Shown piece after piece: positions 15,977 through 27,578 of a stretch of 64,000 nucleotides of DNA. The notes beneath the pieces were generated by a model. It was given only the letters and a program-made list of their open reading frames with translations. It did no database searches and was not told where the DNA came from. The stretch is from the NCBI GenBank assembly GCA_025451535.1, contig JANWKE010000082.1, positions 14,884 through 78,883 of the forward strand, given 5' to 3'. The stretch's first letter is position 1, and every line of letters begins with the position of its first letter. The position numbers were made by a program, and so were the translations under genes. The stretch is from Verrucomicrobiia bacterium. Its GTDB lineage: Bacteria; Verrucomicrobiota; Verrucomicrobiia; Limisphaerales; UBA11358.

Positions 15977-18361
15977 CTATTGCGCAACCGGCGGATTGTG
16001 ATTTTTCGACGCCCGAATTTCTCCTGAGAGTTGCTTTGCCAGTTGGTTTGAAGGATCCAGTTGCAGGGTAATTTGAAACTGGGTGAGCGCCGGGTCCGGC
16101 CTTTGCTGCTTCATCAGCAGGATGCCCAGATTCAAATGTGACCTGGCAAAATCCGGACGATAAACGATGGCATCCCAAAACTGCTGCTCGGCGTCGCCAA
16201 TTTTCCCCTCGGCCGCCAGTTCAATCCCCAGCAGATAATGGGCCTGCCAAAATTCCGGTTTAAGTTCAACGGCCGCGCCAAAAGATTGAATCGCGCCGGC
16301 AACCTGGCCCAGCATGGCAGCGGCAACCCCCCGGTTGAAATAGTCTGCCGGGCCTTGCGGCTGAAGATCGGCAGCACGCTGATAATACACCGCAGCTCGT
16401 TTCATAGTTCCCCGGTTCTGTTCCAGAAATCCGATGTTGATGTACGTTCCCGCGTCATCTGGATCCGTCCGAAGTGCCCGCCGGTAACAGGCAGTTGCCT
16501 CATTTGTTTTCTGCTGGTTTTCCAGGATCTGCCCCAGCCCATTCAGCGCAGGCACAAAATCGCTCCGGAGGGCCAGCGCGCGCGAAAAATATTCCGCGGC
16601 TTCGTCTATTTTGGCCTGAAGAATCAACAAATTACCGACGTCGGAAAACTCGCCGGGCACCTGCGGCAGCAATTCACAAACGCGTTTGGCTTCTTCCGTG
16701 GCCCGGGCAATAGCCCCCTTCGCCCCCAAATATTGGGCAAAATTGAAATGCAAGAAGCCATCTGCAGGGGCCCATACCAGCGCTTGTTCGTAGAGCAGCG
16801 GCGATTGCCCCGGGGATTCGGATTCCACCCCGGTTTTCAACTCGCTGATTTTTTCGTCGCACAGCCTGACACTGTCGGCATCGGTCAACTGTTCAACATA
16901 GGGTGGCCCGGAGACGCGGCTCAAAATTTCCTGCCAGACGCGGAGCCGGTCCCATGACGAGACCGCCAGCCGACGCTCACAAAATTCCTCGGACGCCCAT
17001 TGGCCCCGGTCGTGCGCCGCGATGGATTTCGGCAGCAGTTTGGCAGTTTGTTCGGCAAAGGCGCGGCCCAACAAGTAGTTACCTTCAAAGTTCATATGCA
17101 CGTGTTCATAAAACAGCTCGTTGCCAGGAATTCCTTCCGTAGAATTTCTTGCGAACAACCCGGCGGCCTCCAAAAAATAAACGCCCCGGCCGGCATGGGC
17201 GTTCGCGGCATCTTTTATGATTTGATTGATACGGGAGTCCGCGCGAAAAGCGAGCGCGTCGCAATCCCGCGCCCGCTCAAATTCGCTCAGGGCCTGACTG
17301 TCATTCGTCAGCGCCAGCTCGCAGCGTCCGGCGCGAAAATGCAATTCAGCATAGTCATGATCCAGGGCGTTCGCCTCGGCATATTTTCCCAACGCTTCCG
17401 CAAATTTTTTTGCCGATTCCAGAGCGATTCCCTCCTGATACATTTTGTTCCAGCTCGCCTTTTGAATTTCACTCATCGTCGCCGCCGGGAGCGAGGCAAA
17501 TGGGGCGCAGTTCTTTAAATTGCAGCCGACCGTGCTCAAAATAATCGGCACTCGGGCACCGCGTCCGGCGCGCAAAATATCTTCCAGATTCGCTTTGAAA
17601 TTTTCGTAAGCGCGCAACCGGTTCGGATCATTATACCGAAGCTGGTGACTCTTGAACATTTCCAGCCCTTGCCATGTTTTCGGAACCGACGGACGCTTCT
17701 CCATTTGCTGGATCAGGCTGTCCAACCACTGCCCAACCCGGGTTGTCTTTATCGCGAGATCCGCCCGGACCAAACCCACTCCCGGCGCGCGCGAACCGAA
17801 AACGGTGCCTCCGCCGAAAGGCCCGACCATTTCGTTGTTGCCCATGTAAACAATCCACAAATCACCGTCACGCCGGGCGCATTCGCGCGCGATGGGCAAA
17901 ATCACGTCCGAATCAATGGCGGTCATCGCCACGCAAATCACTTCAAATTTCGTTCCGGGAAAACGTTCGTGGAGCAGCACCTGCAGATAACGCCAGGCGC
18001 CAAAGCCCGGATCCGGATCGCCCATCGCCGCCGATTCACCGAACACAAAAATACGATACGTATCGGGAGATTTTTTTGCCGCCATGCGCTGGGGCGCCGG
18101 TGTGCGGGCCAGTGAACGGGGGAAAAATCGATAACCGAATTCGTCATTGGGAACGTAATAAGCCTGTCCGCTGATTTCCTGGCGAAGGAAAAAACTTGTC
18201 GGATAACCATAACCGAACAAACGCAAACCGAGGTCCAGCCCGCCAATCGCCACCAACGGAATCAGAATTGCCGCGCAAAATCGAAACAGCCACAGGCGGT
18301 GTCGGGGAATGGAGGGTGCCGGCTTTCCCGGCGAGAAGTTTTTTCCATTCATTGAATGCAT
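15977..18361 (-). CDS. Membrane-anchored protein with an SGNH/GDSL-like N-domain and C-terminal TPR repeats
   Basis: TM LWLFRFCAAILIPLVAIGGL. YRIFVFGESAAMGDP (GDS-like). Multiple TPR units toward the C-terminus (AEYFSRALALRSDF, ACYRRALRTDP, AVYYQRAADLQP). The start is uncertain (18352-18382). Confidence 0.65.
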   Translation of the reverse strand: MHSMNGKNFSPGKPAPSIPRHRLWLFRFCAAILIPLVAIGGLDLGLRLFGYGYPTSFFLRQEISGQAYYVPNDEFGYRFFPRSLARTPAPQRMAAKKSPDTYRIFVFGESAAMGDPDPGFGAWRYLQVLLHERFPGTKFEVICVAMTAIDSDVILPIARECARRDGDLWIVYMGNNEMVGPFGGGTVFGSRAPGVGLVRADLAIKTTRVGQWLDSLIQQMEKRPSVPKTWQGLEMFKSHQLRYNDPNRLRAYENFKANLEDILRAGRGARVPIILSTVGCNLKNCAPFASLPAATMSEIQKASWNKMYQEGIALESAKKFAEALGKYAEANALDHDYAELHFRAGRCELALTNDSQALSEFERARDCDALAFRADSRINQIIKDAANAHAGRGVYFLEAAGLFARNSTEGIPGNELFYEHVHMNFEGNYLLGRAFAEQTAKLLPKSIAAHDRGQWASEEFCERRLAVSSWDRLRVWQEILSRVSGPPYVEQLTDADSVRLCDEKISELKTGVESESPGQSPLLYEQALVWAPADGFLHFNFAQYLGAKGAIARATEEAKRVCELLPQVPGEFSDVGNLLILQAKIDEAAEYFSRALALRSDFVPALNGLGQILENQQKTNEATACYRRALRTDPDDAGTYINIGFLEQNRGTMKRAAVYYQRAADLQPQGPADYFNRGVAAAMLGQVAGAIQSFGAAVELKPEFWQAHYLLGIELAAEGKIGDAEQQFWDAIVYRPDFARSHLNLGILLMKQQRPDPALTQFQITLQLDPSNQLAKQLSGEIRASKNHNPPVAQ

Positions 18362-18416
18362 ATCCGCATCCGGACGAACCATCAAGCAGGCCGGAGCTGC
18401 TTCGGGCAAGGTGATT

Positions 18417-19625
18417 TTAACTGCCGAACAACCATTGCCAGCCGCGCCAATGCTGCTGTTGCGGCGCTTTAAACGTCCGGCTGGGGGCATGGCCCAGGTC
18501 CAGTTGAATCAGAATGCCGACACTGTTGGCTCCCCGGCCGTGCGAACGGATGGCATCAATACCATATCCGTAACTGGCCATGATTTTCAGCCGGTCGGAC
18601 GGGGAATGAAACAAAATGCCGCCGCCCACGCCGCTGAGCCAGTTGCCGGACTGGCTTTCACCGGGCAAATAGTCCACAACTCCGCTGGAGGCATTCAGGT
18701 CCAGGTCCCAGCGCTTGTTGGGATCCAGCGGCAAGAGGTAATTGGCGTTGAAGAGGGCGAATTGGCGCGCGCTGATTTCCTGAAAATAATAACCGGGCAG
18801 CGACAAGGGAAATTCCGAGATCAAGGGCAGGAACCCGCCCAGCCGGTAGGCGCTGAAACGATCCGCATCCACGCTGGTGCCGGCGGTCAGCCGCACGTAA
18901 AAATTTTGCTGGCTTTTCGGCAGGGTGTAGGCCAGCGCCGCCTCGGCCCAGAACAAATGCGATTGCGCATTGAGCATGCGGTCGCCGGCAAAGCCGTACG
19001 CGCCCGAGTCGGTGCGGTACTGGCCTTCATACCACACGGACAACTCCATCGCCAGCGGCGGGAACAGCGTCGGCTCGACGCCGCCCCAGCGCAACCCGGT
19101 GCGCAGGCTGAAAGTGCCATGATCGTTGGGCGTCTGGAAATTGGCGGCGGTGCCGTCGTTGGCGTCATATATCGAATAATGTGCCGCGCCGCGCAAAATA
19201 AAATTCAGCGGAATTTCACTCGCAGGATTGAATAAATGATAAATGCTGGCCGAGACTTCCGCACTGTGGCCGTCAAAAGATTCGCCGGGATAAAACGTGC
19301 CGCCGCGGATTTCGTCATAGCCGTCGGCAAAACCGCCGCCGGCCAGGCCGAGGCCAAAATCGGTATCAGGCCCCAGGCCGTGGACAAAACCCAGTTCGGA
19401 ATCGAGGTACACCGGTGCGAGAGCCAGCCGCAAGGTGAGGTTGGTGCGCAGAAAATCCGGCTGGTTGTGATAATAAAAGGTGTAACCGGCAAACGGCGCA
19501 TGGCCTTCGAACGCCTGATTATAGCCGAGTTGAATCAAGTCGCGCTTGACCGGGTCAATCTGGGCAAAAACAAAACGCGGGGCAAACAAGGTTACCCATA
19601 GCAACACCCACCCGGTTCGTTTCAT
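18417..19625 (-). CDS. Secreted protein, putative outer-membrane beta-barrel
   Basis: Signal peptide MKRTGWVLLWVTLFAPRFVFAQ. Alternating aromatic/Gly-rich strands throughout. Function unknown. Confidence 0.45.
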   Translation of the reverse strand: MKRTGWVLLWVTLFAPRFVFAQIDPVKRDLIQLGYNQAFEGHAPFAGYTFYYHNQPDFLRTNLTLRLALAPVYLDSELGFVHGLGPDTDFGLGLAGGGFADGYDEIRGGTFYPGESFDGHSAEVSASIYHLFNPASEIPLNFILRGAAHYSIYDANDGTAANFQTPNDHGTFSLRTGLRWGGVEPTLFPPLAMELSVWYEGQYRTDSGAYGFAGDRMLNAQSHLFWAEAALAYTLPKSQQNFYVRLTAGTSVDADRFSAYRLGGFLPLISEFPLSLPGYYFQEISARQFALFNANYLLPLDPNKRWDLDLNASSGVVDYLPGESQSGNWLSGVGGGILFHSPSDRLKIMASYGYGIDAIRSHGRGANSVGILIQLDLGHAPSRTFKAPQQQHWRGWQWLFGS

Positions 19626-19720
19626 CACGCCTTCGTATCGCAAAGCGTGCCCCGCAGCAAGTGGATTTGGCCACTCGCCGCTGGACACGTGTAAATTTTT
19701 GCGGCTTACTGTTCGCGCCG

Positions 19721-21520
<1,800 letters not shown>

Positions 21521-22189
21521 CGCGTTTCAACTTAGCCACTTCAATGTCCGCCTGACGTGTCGGTTCGGGAATACGATAGCGCGTGCAGCAGGCCAGAACC
21601 AATCTGATGGCCGACGACAAATCCACGCGATGACCGATGCTCACGAACACCGGACGGATCCCCTTTTGCGTCCGCAACCCGACGCCGATCTGTTCGTCAC
21701 CATCCATGAGAGGCGTTTTGGCCCCGGCATTTGGTGCCAGTTTCCCAAATGTCCCAAGCAGCCGACTTTTGCCAACCCCGACGCCGGGTTGGTTCAATTC
21801 AATCGCCAGGTGCGATGCGATGCCGCACCGGCGCGGGTGCGCGAAACCCTGGCCATCGAAAAGAATCGCGCTAAACTCATGGTTTAGCGCGCCAATCGCC
21901 TGTTTGATGGCCGGACCTTCACGGAAACTCAGGAAACCGGGCACATAGGGAAATTCCGCCGATCGCGTGGCATGTGCCACCTCGATAATGCGCCGCGTGG
22001 CGCAGTCATAAACCACGGCGGCGGCGAAGATGGTCTGTTTGTCGGTGGAAAACGCGCAATCCGCCCCGGCGACAAATCGCGGCAATGGTTCAAGCGGCGT
22101 GATAACGATGCGTTGGCGCAGGCATTCCTGTGCCGCCTTCCATTCTTTTACCAGCGCCGGCCATTCCGGATCGGATTTGCCGCGCAGCG

Positions 22190-25100
22190 TCATGCCTTCG
22201 CTTCCTTTGGCGATGCGCGCAGCACGCGGTAACGGTGTGCCCACGGATCAATCCGGCAGATAGCCCGGTAATCGCAAAACCCGCACGGCGTTTCACTGCC
22301 CGCGCGATACGGGTCAACGCTGGCTTTGCCGGCAAAAATTGCGCGGCCCATTTCCGTCAACTGCGTTTCCACCCGGTCCAGCAACGCTTCAAATTCTGTG
22401 CGCGGCAAGACTTCGGTGGATCCTTGATGCAACGAGCCGTCGTTGTTCCGACGGTAATTGAACTGGTCGCCGGCTTTGGCGCCGGAACGGCGGTCGAGTC
22501 CGGGCAGTGCATCCACGCTGAAACGTCCGGTGTGACGATACGCCAGCCGTCGGGATTCGCCAGCGTCGTCGAGCACCTCGGTGCGAGTGTGGCTGCCATC
22601 GTATTTGCCACGCAGGTTCACGTAGAAAACTCCGGCGGGTACCAAATGCTTCACGCCGAGCAGTGCGCGCGGATTGGGCCAGCGCCGCAGCGCTGCCAAA
22701 TAACCGAGCAACTGTAATTGCACGCCATGTTCAACCAGAATTCTGTCGAGTTTCTGCCGGCCGGATTTGTAATCCATCACTACGCACCACGCGCGGTCTG
22801 TGGTTTCACGCCACAAATCAATCCGGTCAATCCTTCCGCGTAACGCCAGTTTACGACCACTACCCAAATCAATTTCCCAGGCCGGTGCGCCGTTCGTCCC
22901 AAATCCGAATTCCAACTCGGCTACCACCGGATCAAATTCGTATTGCCCGCGCATCCAGGTCACCAGGGTTTCGACGAAATCCTGCAACGACTCCGCCAGC
23001 ACGCGCGCGGTGAAACGGCCCTGGTCGTCCGCGCGCAACAGGCCGTCGCGATAGTCGGGGGCGAGTTCGGCAGCGATTCTGCCGACACATTGGCGCGCTT
23101 CCGCCGGCGTGAGGTCGCGCCAGCGCTTGCCTTCGGCACTCAATTGTTCATGAAACATTTTGAGAACTTCATGCTGAAAGCTGCCGCGCTCGCGCGCATC
23201 CAATTCAAAAACCTTCCGTTCCCCGGCGCGCAGGCCGGAATGGACGAAGAATCGGAACGGGCACTGGGCGAACTCCTCCAGCCGGCTCACCGAGGTTTGC
23301 AGGGTCGGGCTGTAAACCATCGCTGCCAACCCGGGCGAAAGATTTTCAGCCGGGTCGGGCTCGCGCATTCGACGCAAACTCCCGGCAAGTGATTTGAGCG
23401 CGGGCAGCTCAAGCAGTTCGGCCCACTTTGAGTTTGTAGGAGACGACGTGAGGAGTCTCTGACTTCTTTTTGGTTTGAGACTCGTTACCTCGTCTCCTAC
23501 CGAATTTAAAATTTCCACCAGCGGCACAACCAATTCGTTCACGTGCTCGGCTTCGTGCCAATCGGCGTCGACGTGAAATTCCTGGACTCCCAAATCAGGA
23601 AAAAGTGCCTGTAAATGCGCCACCAGCGACGAGGGATTCAATGTTCTGCCATCCACATCGTGGCGCGAAAAGGTCACATAAAGTTGTTTACCGGCACGGG
23701 TGCAGGCGATGTAGCCGAGGTATCGTTCGCGCGCCAGCTGGTCGCGCAAATTCGAACCCAGTACGGCTTTGTATTGTTCCAGTTCATCCCGGTCAGCATG
23801 GGTCAGGATCGGCGGTGCGGCTGGTACCTCGGGAAAAATCCCCTCATTCGCGCCCAGCACAAACGCGAGTTTTAAATCCGGATTGCGCGCGCGGTCCACG
23901 GCGCCGACCAGTACGTGGTCGAGCGCGGGCGGAATCACCCCCACGGTCAGGTTGGTCAACCCCGCCTCCAGAATCGGCAACCAGTCCCGCAATGACAGTG
24001 ATTCGTCAGAAAAGGCGAGGGCAACGTTGTCAAGCCAGCCGTTCATTTGCTCCCAGACGGTCGAATGAAATGACGGGTGACGGGTGACCGGTGACGAACC
24101 TTCCAGTTCGGGCAGGTTCCACTTTGCAAGTGTTTCTTCCACGCGAAGTTCGTTCCACAACCCGCGGAGGGCGTTGGCCAATTGCGGGCCGGCTGGCCGT
24201 TGATTGTGCAATGCCAGTTGCGCGGCGAAATTTTCAAATGGCGGCGAAATTTTCCCGCGCAATCGTTCGAGCGATTTGGTCAATCCCGGATCGCCGGCAA
24301 TTTGAATCGGTTCGCGCCATTTTTTGCCGCGCCAGCCGAATTCGAGCGCGGCATTTTCGAGCCGGTCAATCTCCGTCTCGGGCACAGACGAAAAACCCGC
24401 CTTGAGCGCGGCGAACCAGTCATCGTGCGGCCATTCAAACGCCACCAGCCGAAGCGCGCTGCGGGTCAATTCCGCGAGCGGGTGGTGAGCAACGGACTCA
24501 CGCCGGTCAAGGAAAAAGGGAATGTGGTAGCGCCGGAACACGCGCGCCACCGGTTTATGATAATTGTCGAGATTCCGCACCAGCACGGCACAGTCACGAA
24601 AGCGTCCGCCGCCATGAACGAAGCGCAACATTTCGCGCGCGGCCAACGCGGCCTCGGCTTCAGGATTGGTGCAAACCGCCAGGGAAATTCCAGAGTTCGG
24701 AGTTCGGAGTTCAGAGTTCGGAAAAAATGAGGATGCCCAATTCTGTTCAAGCCGCGCGAGCCCGGAATTTTTCGCAAAACGGCTGTTTTTCGCGTCGCGT
24801 CTGAGCCGCTCGACGGTGATTTTACAATCCGGCAAATTTTCGATTCGTTGCCGACATTGCTGATACGTGTTGGCGATGGCGGACCAGATCGAAAGCCAGG
24901 GACGGGTTGCATCGGGCTCCGGTTCGGTCTCGAGGCAGAACGCAACGGTCACCTGGCCGCAACCGGGTAAAATGGCGGCGAGCAAATCCTGTTCCTGCGG
25001 TGTCATTTCGGCGAAACCATCAAGCCAGAGGCCGGAAATTCGGAATCCGGAATCCGGAATCCGGAATCCGGAATGGAGAGCGTCCGCGGCAAAGTTCAAA

Positions 25101-25717
25101 AGGCAACTGCCGTCCGGCAATTCGTGTTCGGCCAGCCAGCGGGCATAAGCGTCGCCGAGCAATGCGAGGTCGAGCAGTTTCTCCTGAAGTTCGCGGCGTT
25201 CCACCGCCTGGGCAGCGAGTTGGCGAAGCCGGGCGGGCGTGAATTGATGCTGTTGCAGCTCACCGAGCAATTGGCTGAGTTGCTTGGCGAAGCCGGGGCG
25301 GCGCGCACTCGGTCGGAACAGCTTCAGCTCTTTTTCGTGGCGGAGCAACAGCGCTCGCAGCACCATAACGCGGCCTTCATCGTTCAATTGGCCGGCCGGC
25401 CTGGCTGACAGTTTTTCCAGAACATATCGCGCCAGCCGGTCAAATGAGAAGATGTGCAACCGGGTGTAACCGGCCAATTCCTTGTCGGCGAGCAACTGGC
25501 GTTCGAGCTGGAAGGTGGCCTGTTTGGGCGCCAGCAGAACCAACGGCGGACCATCGGCGTTTTCCCGCAGAGCAGCGCGAATTTCGGCGAGGCAGCGGAA
25601 CGTCTTGCCGCTGCCGGCGGGACCGAGAAGAAAGCGCGCTTGCACACCGGATTTTTCGCGCAAAGCCGCGGCGGCGCAAAGCAATTTATTGGAGTCAGGA
25701 TGCATTTTTTGCATCAT
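22190..25717 (-). CDS. addB: AddB-type helicase-nuclease subunit (inactive-helicase P-loop + C-terminal PD-(D/E)xK nuclease with Fe-S cysteines)
   Basis: LLGPAGSGKTF; C-terminal CPFRFF...RIDR...VMDYKSG...CGFCDYRAIC. The start is uncertain (25705-25717). Confidence 0.8.
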   Translation of the reverse strand: MMQKMHPDSNKLLCAAAALREKSGVQARFLLGPAGSGKTFRCLAEIRAALRENADGPPLVLLAPKQATFQLERQLLADKELAGYTRLHIFSFDRLARYVLEKLSARPAGQLNDEGRVMVLRALLLRHEKELKLFRPSARRPGFAKQLSQLLGELQQHQFTPARLRQLAAQAVERRELQEKLLDLALLGDAYARWLAEHELPDGSCLLNFAADALHSGFRIPDSGFRISGLWLDGFAEMTPQEQDLLAAILPGCGQVTVAFCLETEPEPDATRPWLSIWSAIANTYQQCRQRIENLPDCKITVERLRRDAKNSRFAKNSGLARLEQNWASSFFPNSELRTPNSGISLAVCTNPEAEAALAAREMLRFVHGGGRFRDCAVLVRNLDNYHKPVARVFRRYHIPFFLDRRESVAHHPLAELTRSALRLVAFEWPHDDWFAALKAGFSSVPETEIDRLENAALEFGWRGKKWREPIQIAGDPGLTKSLERLRGKISPPFENFAAQLALHNQRPAGPQLANALRGLWNELRVEETLAKWNLPELEGSSPVTRHPSFHSTVWEQMNGWLDNVALAFSDESLSLRDWLPILEAGLTNLTVGVIPPALDHVLVGAVDRARNPDLKLAFVLGANEGIFPEVPAAPPILTHADRDELEQYKAVLGSNLRDQLARERYLGYIACTRAGKQLYVTFSRHDVDGRTLNPSSLVAHLQALFPDLGVQEFHVDADWHEAEHVNELVVPLVEILNSVGDEVTSLKPKRSQRLLTSSPTNSKWAELLELPALKSLAGSLRRMREPDPAENLSPGLAAMVYSPTLQTSVSRLEEFAQCPFRFFVHSGLRAGERKVFELDARERGSFQHEVLKMFHEQLSAEGKRWRDLTPAEARQCVGRIAAELAPDYRDGLLRADDQGRFTARVLAESLQDFVETLVTWMRGQYEFDPVVAELEFGFGTNGAPAWEIDLGSGRKLALRGRIDRIDLWRETTDRAWCVVMDYKSGRQKLDRILVEHGVQLQLLGYLAALRRWPNPRALLGVKHLVPAGVFYVNLRGKYDGSHTRTEVLDDAGESRRLAYRHTGRFSVDALPGLDRRSGAKAGDQFNYRRNNDGSLHQGSTEVLPRTEFEALLDRVETQLTEMGRAIFAGKASVDPYRAGSETPCGFCDYRAICRIDPWAHRYRVLRASPKEAKA
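23436..23500. repeat. 65-nt palindromic element inserted in frame in addB
   Basis: Arms gtaggagacgacgtgaggagtctc / gagactcgttacctcgtctcctac (the outer 11 nt and inner 7 nt are perfectly complementary). It encodes VGDEVTSLKPKRSQRLLTSSPT. Confidence 0.7.
24692..24722. repeat. Heptanucleotide tandem repeat (AGTTCGG x4) inside addB
   Basis: agttcgg agttcgg agttcag agttcgg at 24694-24721. Encodes PNSELRTPNS. Confidence 0.8.
25032..25076. repeat. Heptanucleotide tandem repeat (CGGAATC x about 5) inside addB
   Basis: 25041-25074 holds 4.9 perfect units plus one degenerate unit upstream. Encodes SGFRIPDSGFRIS. Confidence 0.85.
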
Positions 25718-25809
25718 ATTTTTTATTTCCTTTCGGGCGGATTTGTTTATGCTTGCGGCCCGTTGGAAAAATTCGAATTCAATCCAAAGATGGAAAAAAA
25801 CGAAATCGT

Positions 25810-26775
25810 ATGCCACTGACACATACCAGGGAACTTTTTGCGAAGGCGTTGAAGGGCAAATACGCGCTGGGCGCGTTCAACGTCAACAACATGGAACTGC
25901 TTCAGGCCATTGTTGAGGCATGCGAGGAGGAAAAGGCGCCGGTGATGCTCCAGATTTCCAAGGGTGCGCGCCAGTACGCCAACCCGGTTTATCTCAAAAA
26001 GCTGATCGAGGCGGCCGTCAGCCTGTCCACAATCCCGATTGCCGTGCATCTGGATCACGGCGATACATTTGAACTTTGCAAGGAGTGCATTGACGAAGGT
26101 TTCACCAGCGTGATGATTGACGCCAGTCACGAACCCTTTGAGAAAAACGTTGAAATCACCCGGAAAGTCGTGGAATACGCCCATAAATACAATTGCGTGG
26201 TGGAATCCGAACTCGGCCATCTGGTGGGCGCTCAATTTGATGAAGGTGAGGAGGGTGGCGCTCATTCCGTCAGCGGTCATTACACGGTTCCGGAAGAAGC
26301 GGTCAAATTCGTTAAGGAATCGGGCTGCGATTCATTGGCGGTGGCGATCGGAAATTCCCACGGTGCGTACAAGTTCAAGGGCACGCAGCACCTGGACCTT
26401 GAACGTCTCAAGCTCATTAAAAAAACGTTGATGGACGCCGGTCTCGGTGATTATCCGCTCGTATTGCACGGGGCGTCGTCCGTACCGAAAGAGTTCGCCG
26501 AGGAAATCAACAAATACGGTGGCAAACTGGGTACGGACACCGCCGGAGTGCCGGAGGCCGACATCGAGGTAGCGCGCCGCACCGGTTGTACCAAAGTGAA
26601 CATAGACACAGATTTGCGTCTCGCCATGACCGCTGCGATCCGCAAGGTCATGACGGAAAACCCGAAGGAGTTTGATCCGCGCAAATATCTCGGTCCCGCC
26701 CGCAACAAGGTAAAGGACCTCGTCCGACACAAAATCAAAGACGTCCTTTGCTGCGCGGGTCACGCATTCGATTAA
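25810..26775 (+). CDS. fba: Class II fructose-bisphosphate aldolase
   Basis: YALGAFNVNNMELLQAIVEA, VMLQIS, AVHLDHG, VMIDASH, LAVAIGNSHGAYK, LVLHGASS. The internal ATG 25810 was chosen; the upstream part of the ORF overlaps addB. Confidence 0.9.
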   Translation: MPLTHTRELFAKALKGKYALGAFNVNNMELLQAIVEACEEEKAPVMLQISKGARQYANPVYLKKLIEAAVSLSTIPIAVHLDHGDTFELCKECIDEGFTSVMIDASHEPFEKNVEITRKVVEYAHKYNCVVESELGHLVGAQFDEGEEGGAHSVSGHYTVPEEAVKFVKESGCDSLAVAIGNSHGAYKFKGTQHLDLERLKLIKKTLMDAGLGDYPLVLHGASSVPKEFAEEINKYGGKLGTDTAGVPEADIEVARRTGCTKVNIDTDLRLAMTAAIRKVMTENPKEFDPRKYLGPARNKVKDLVRHKIKDVLCCAGHAFD

Positions 26776-26797
26776 ACAGCGCCGAAATCTTCATCGA

Positions 26798-26835
26798 AAA
26801 GGCTTCCAATCAGACTATTGGAAGCCTTTATTATT
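26798..26835 (+). terminator. Rho-independent terminator downstream of fba
   Basis: Stem AAAGGCTTCCAAT / ATTGGAAGCCTTT (13 bp), loop cagact, followed by attatt. Confidence 0.75.
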
Positions 26836-27053
26836 GCCCCAGATTCAAGAATGCATTATCTGCCGTTTTGGCACACAGCCGTCACTTTTAATTTCAATTT
26901 GTGCCACAATAACCCAATTCCAAGCGCTACGATTGTTTCATTTAATATTATAACTATCTGTAAGTCATAATGATATGAATCAACCATATAATTGGCATCG
27001 TCAAAGCTAGGTAAGGTTTTGCTAAAGAAAATTATTTTGACGAAAGGAAAATT

Positions 27054-27518
27054 ATGAAACTGATACAATATCAAAGACCCGAACTGGCTTGGCCGGGATT
27101 TGGACAATGGTCGAATCTGCGTGATGAACTGGATCGACTGTTTGAATCACCGTGGACCGGGCTGGCCCGCACTTCGCAACTGTTGAGCGGCTGGACACCG
27201 GCACTCGACGTTTACGAGGACAAGGAAAACTTCATCGTCAAGGCCGAGTTGCCGGGGATGAAGAAGGAGGAGATTGATGTTTCACTCCATGACGACAGCC
27301 TGAGCATCTCGGGTGAACGCAAGAGCGAAACGAAAGCGGAAGACGGCGAACTGTGCCGTGCCGAACGGTTCTTTGGCCGGTTCCAACGCAGCGTGACGCT
27401 CCCAGCGCCGGTCGCGGCGGACAAAGTGAAGGCACAATACCAGGACGGCATCCTGACGATCACGCTTCCCAAAACCGAGGAAGCCAAGCCTAAACGAATT
27501 GATGTTTCCGTGATCTGA
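27054..27518 (+). CDS. Hsp20/alpha-crystallin small heat-shock protein
   Basis: WTPALDVYEDKENFIVKAELPGMKKEEIDVSLHDDSLSISGERK...FGRFQRSVTLP...DGILTITLPK. Confidence 0.9.
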   Translation: MKLIQYQRPELAWPGFGQWSNLRDELDRLFESPWTGLARTSQLLSGWTPALDVYEDKENFIVKAELPGMKKEEIDVSLHDDSLSISGERKSETKAEDGELCRAERFFGRFQRSVTLPAPVAADKVKAQYQDGILTITLPKTEEAKPKRIDVSVI

Positions 27519-27578
27519 AATGGTTTCGGCGGGGATTTTCCCCGCCGGACGCGAAACTCCTTAAGTCCAATTAAAACC

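Noticed and set aside
18309-19235. 308-aa plus-strand ORF; the same reasoning applies to 61309-62226, 33525-34328, 10603-11271 and 19838-20668
   Set aside because: All are antisense or alternative-frame ORFs inside confidently assigned genes. None carries a recognisable motif.
24692-25076. Possible CRISPR array or other spacer-repeat structure
   Set aside because: The units are contiguous 7-mers with no spacers, they lie inside a CDS, and no cas genes are present. This is not a CRISPR array.
25444-25809. N-terminal 122 codons of the 443-aa track ORF
   Set aside because: This part overlaps the 5' end of addB on the other strand and is Arg-rich. The aldolase homology begins at MPLTHTREL (25810).
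26866-26885. Sigma-54 promoter (TGGCAC...) upstream of hsp20; also CTGGTATCGGACCGCT near 57750
   Set aside because: The -12 TTGC element is absent at 26866, or the GG/GC spacing is off by one at 57750.
26856-27107. 83-aa minus-strand ORF in the AT-rich region
   Set aside because: It overlaps the hsp20 start. Its composition reflects AT-rich non-coding DNA, and no motif was found.
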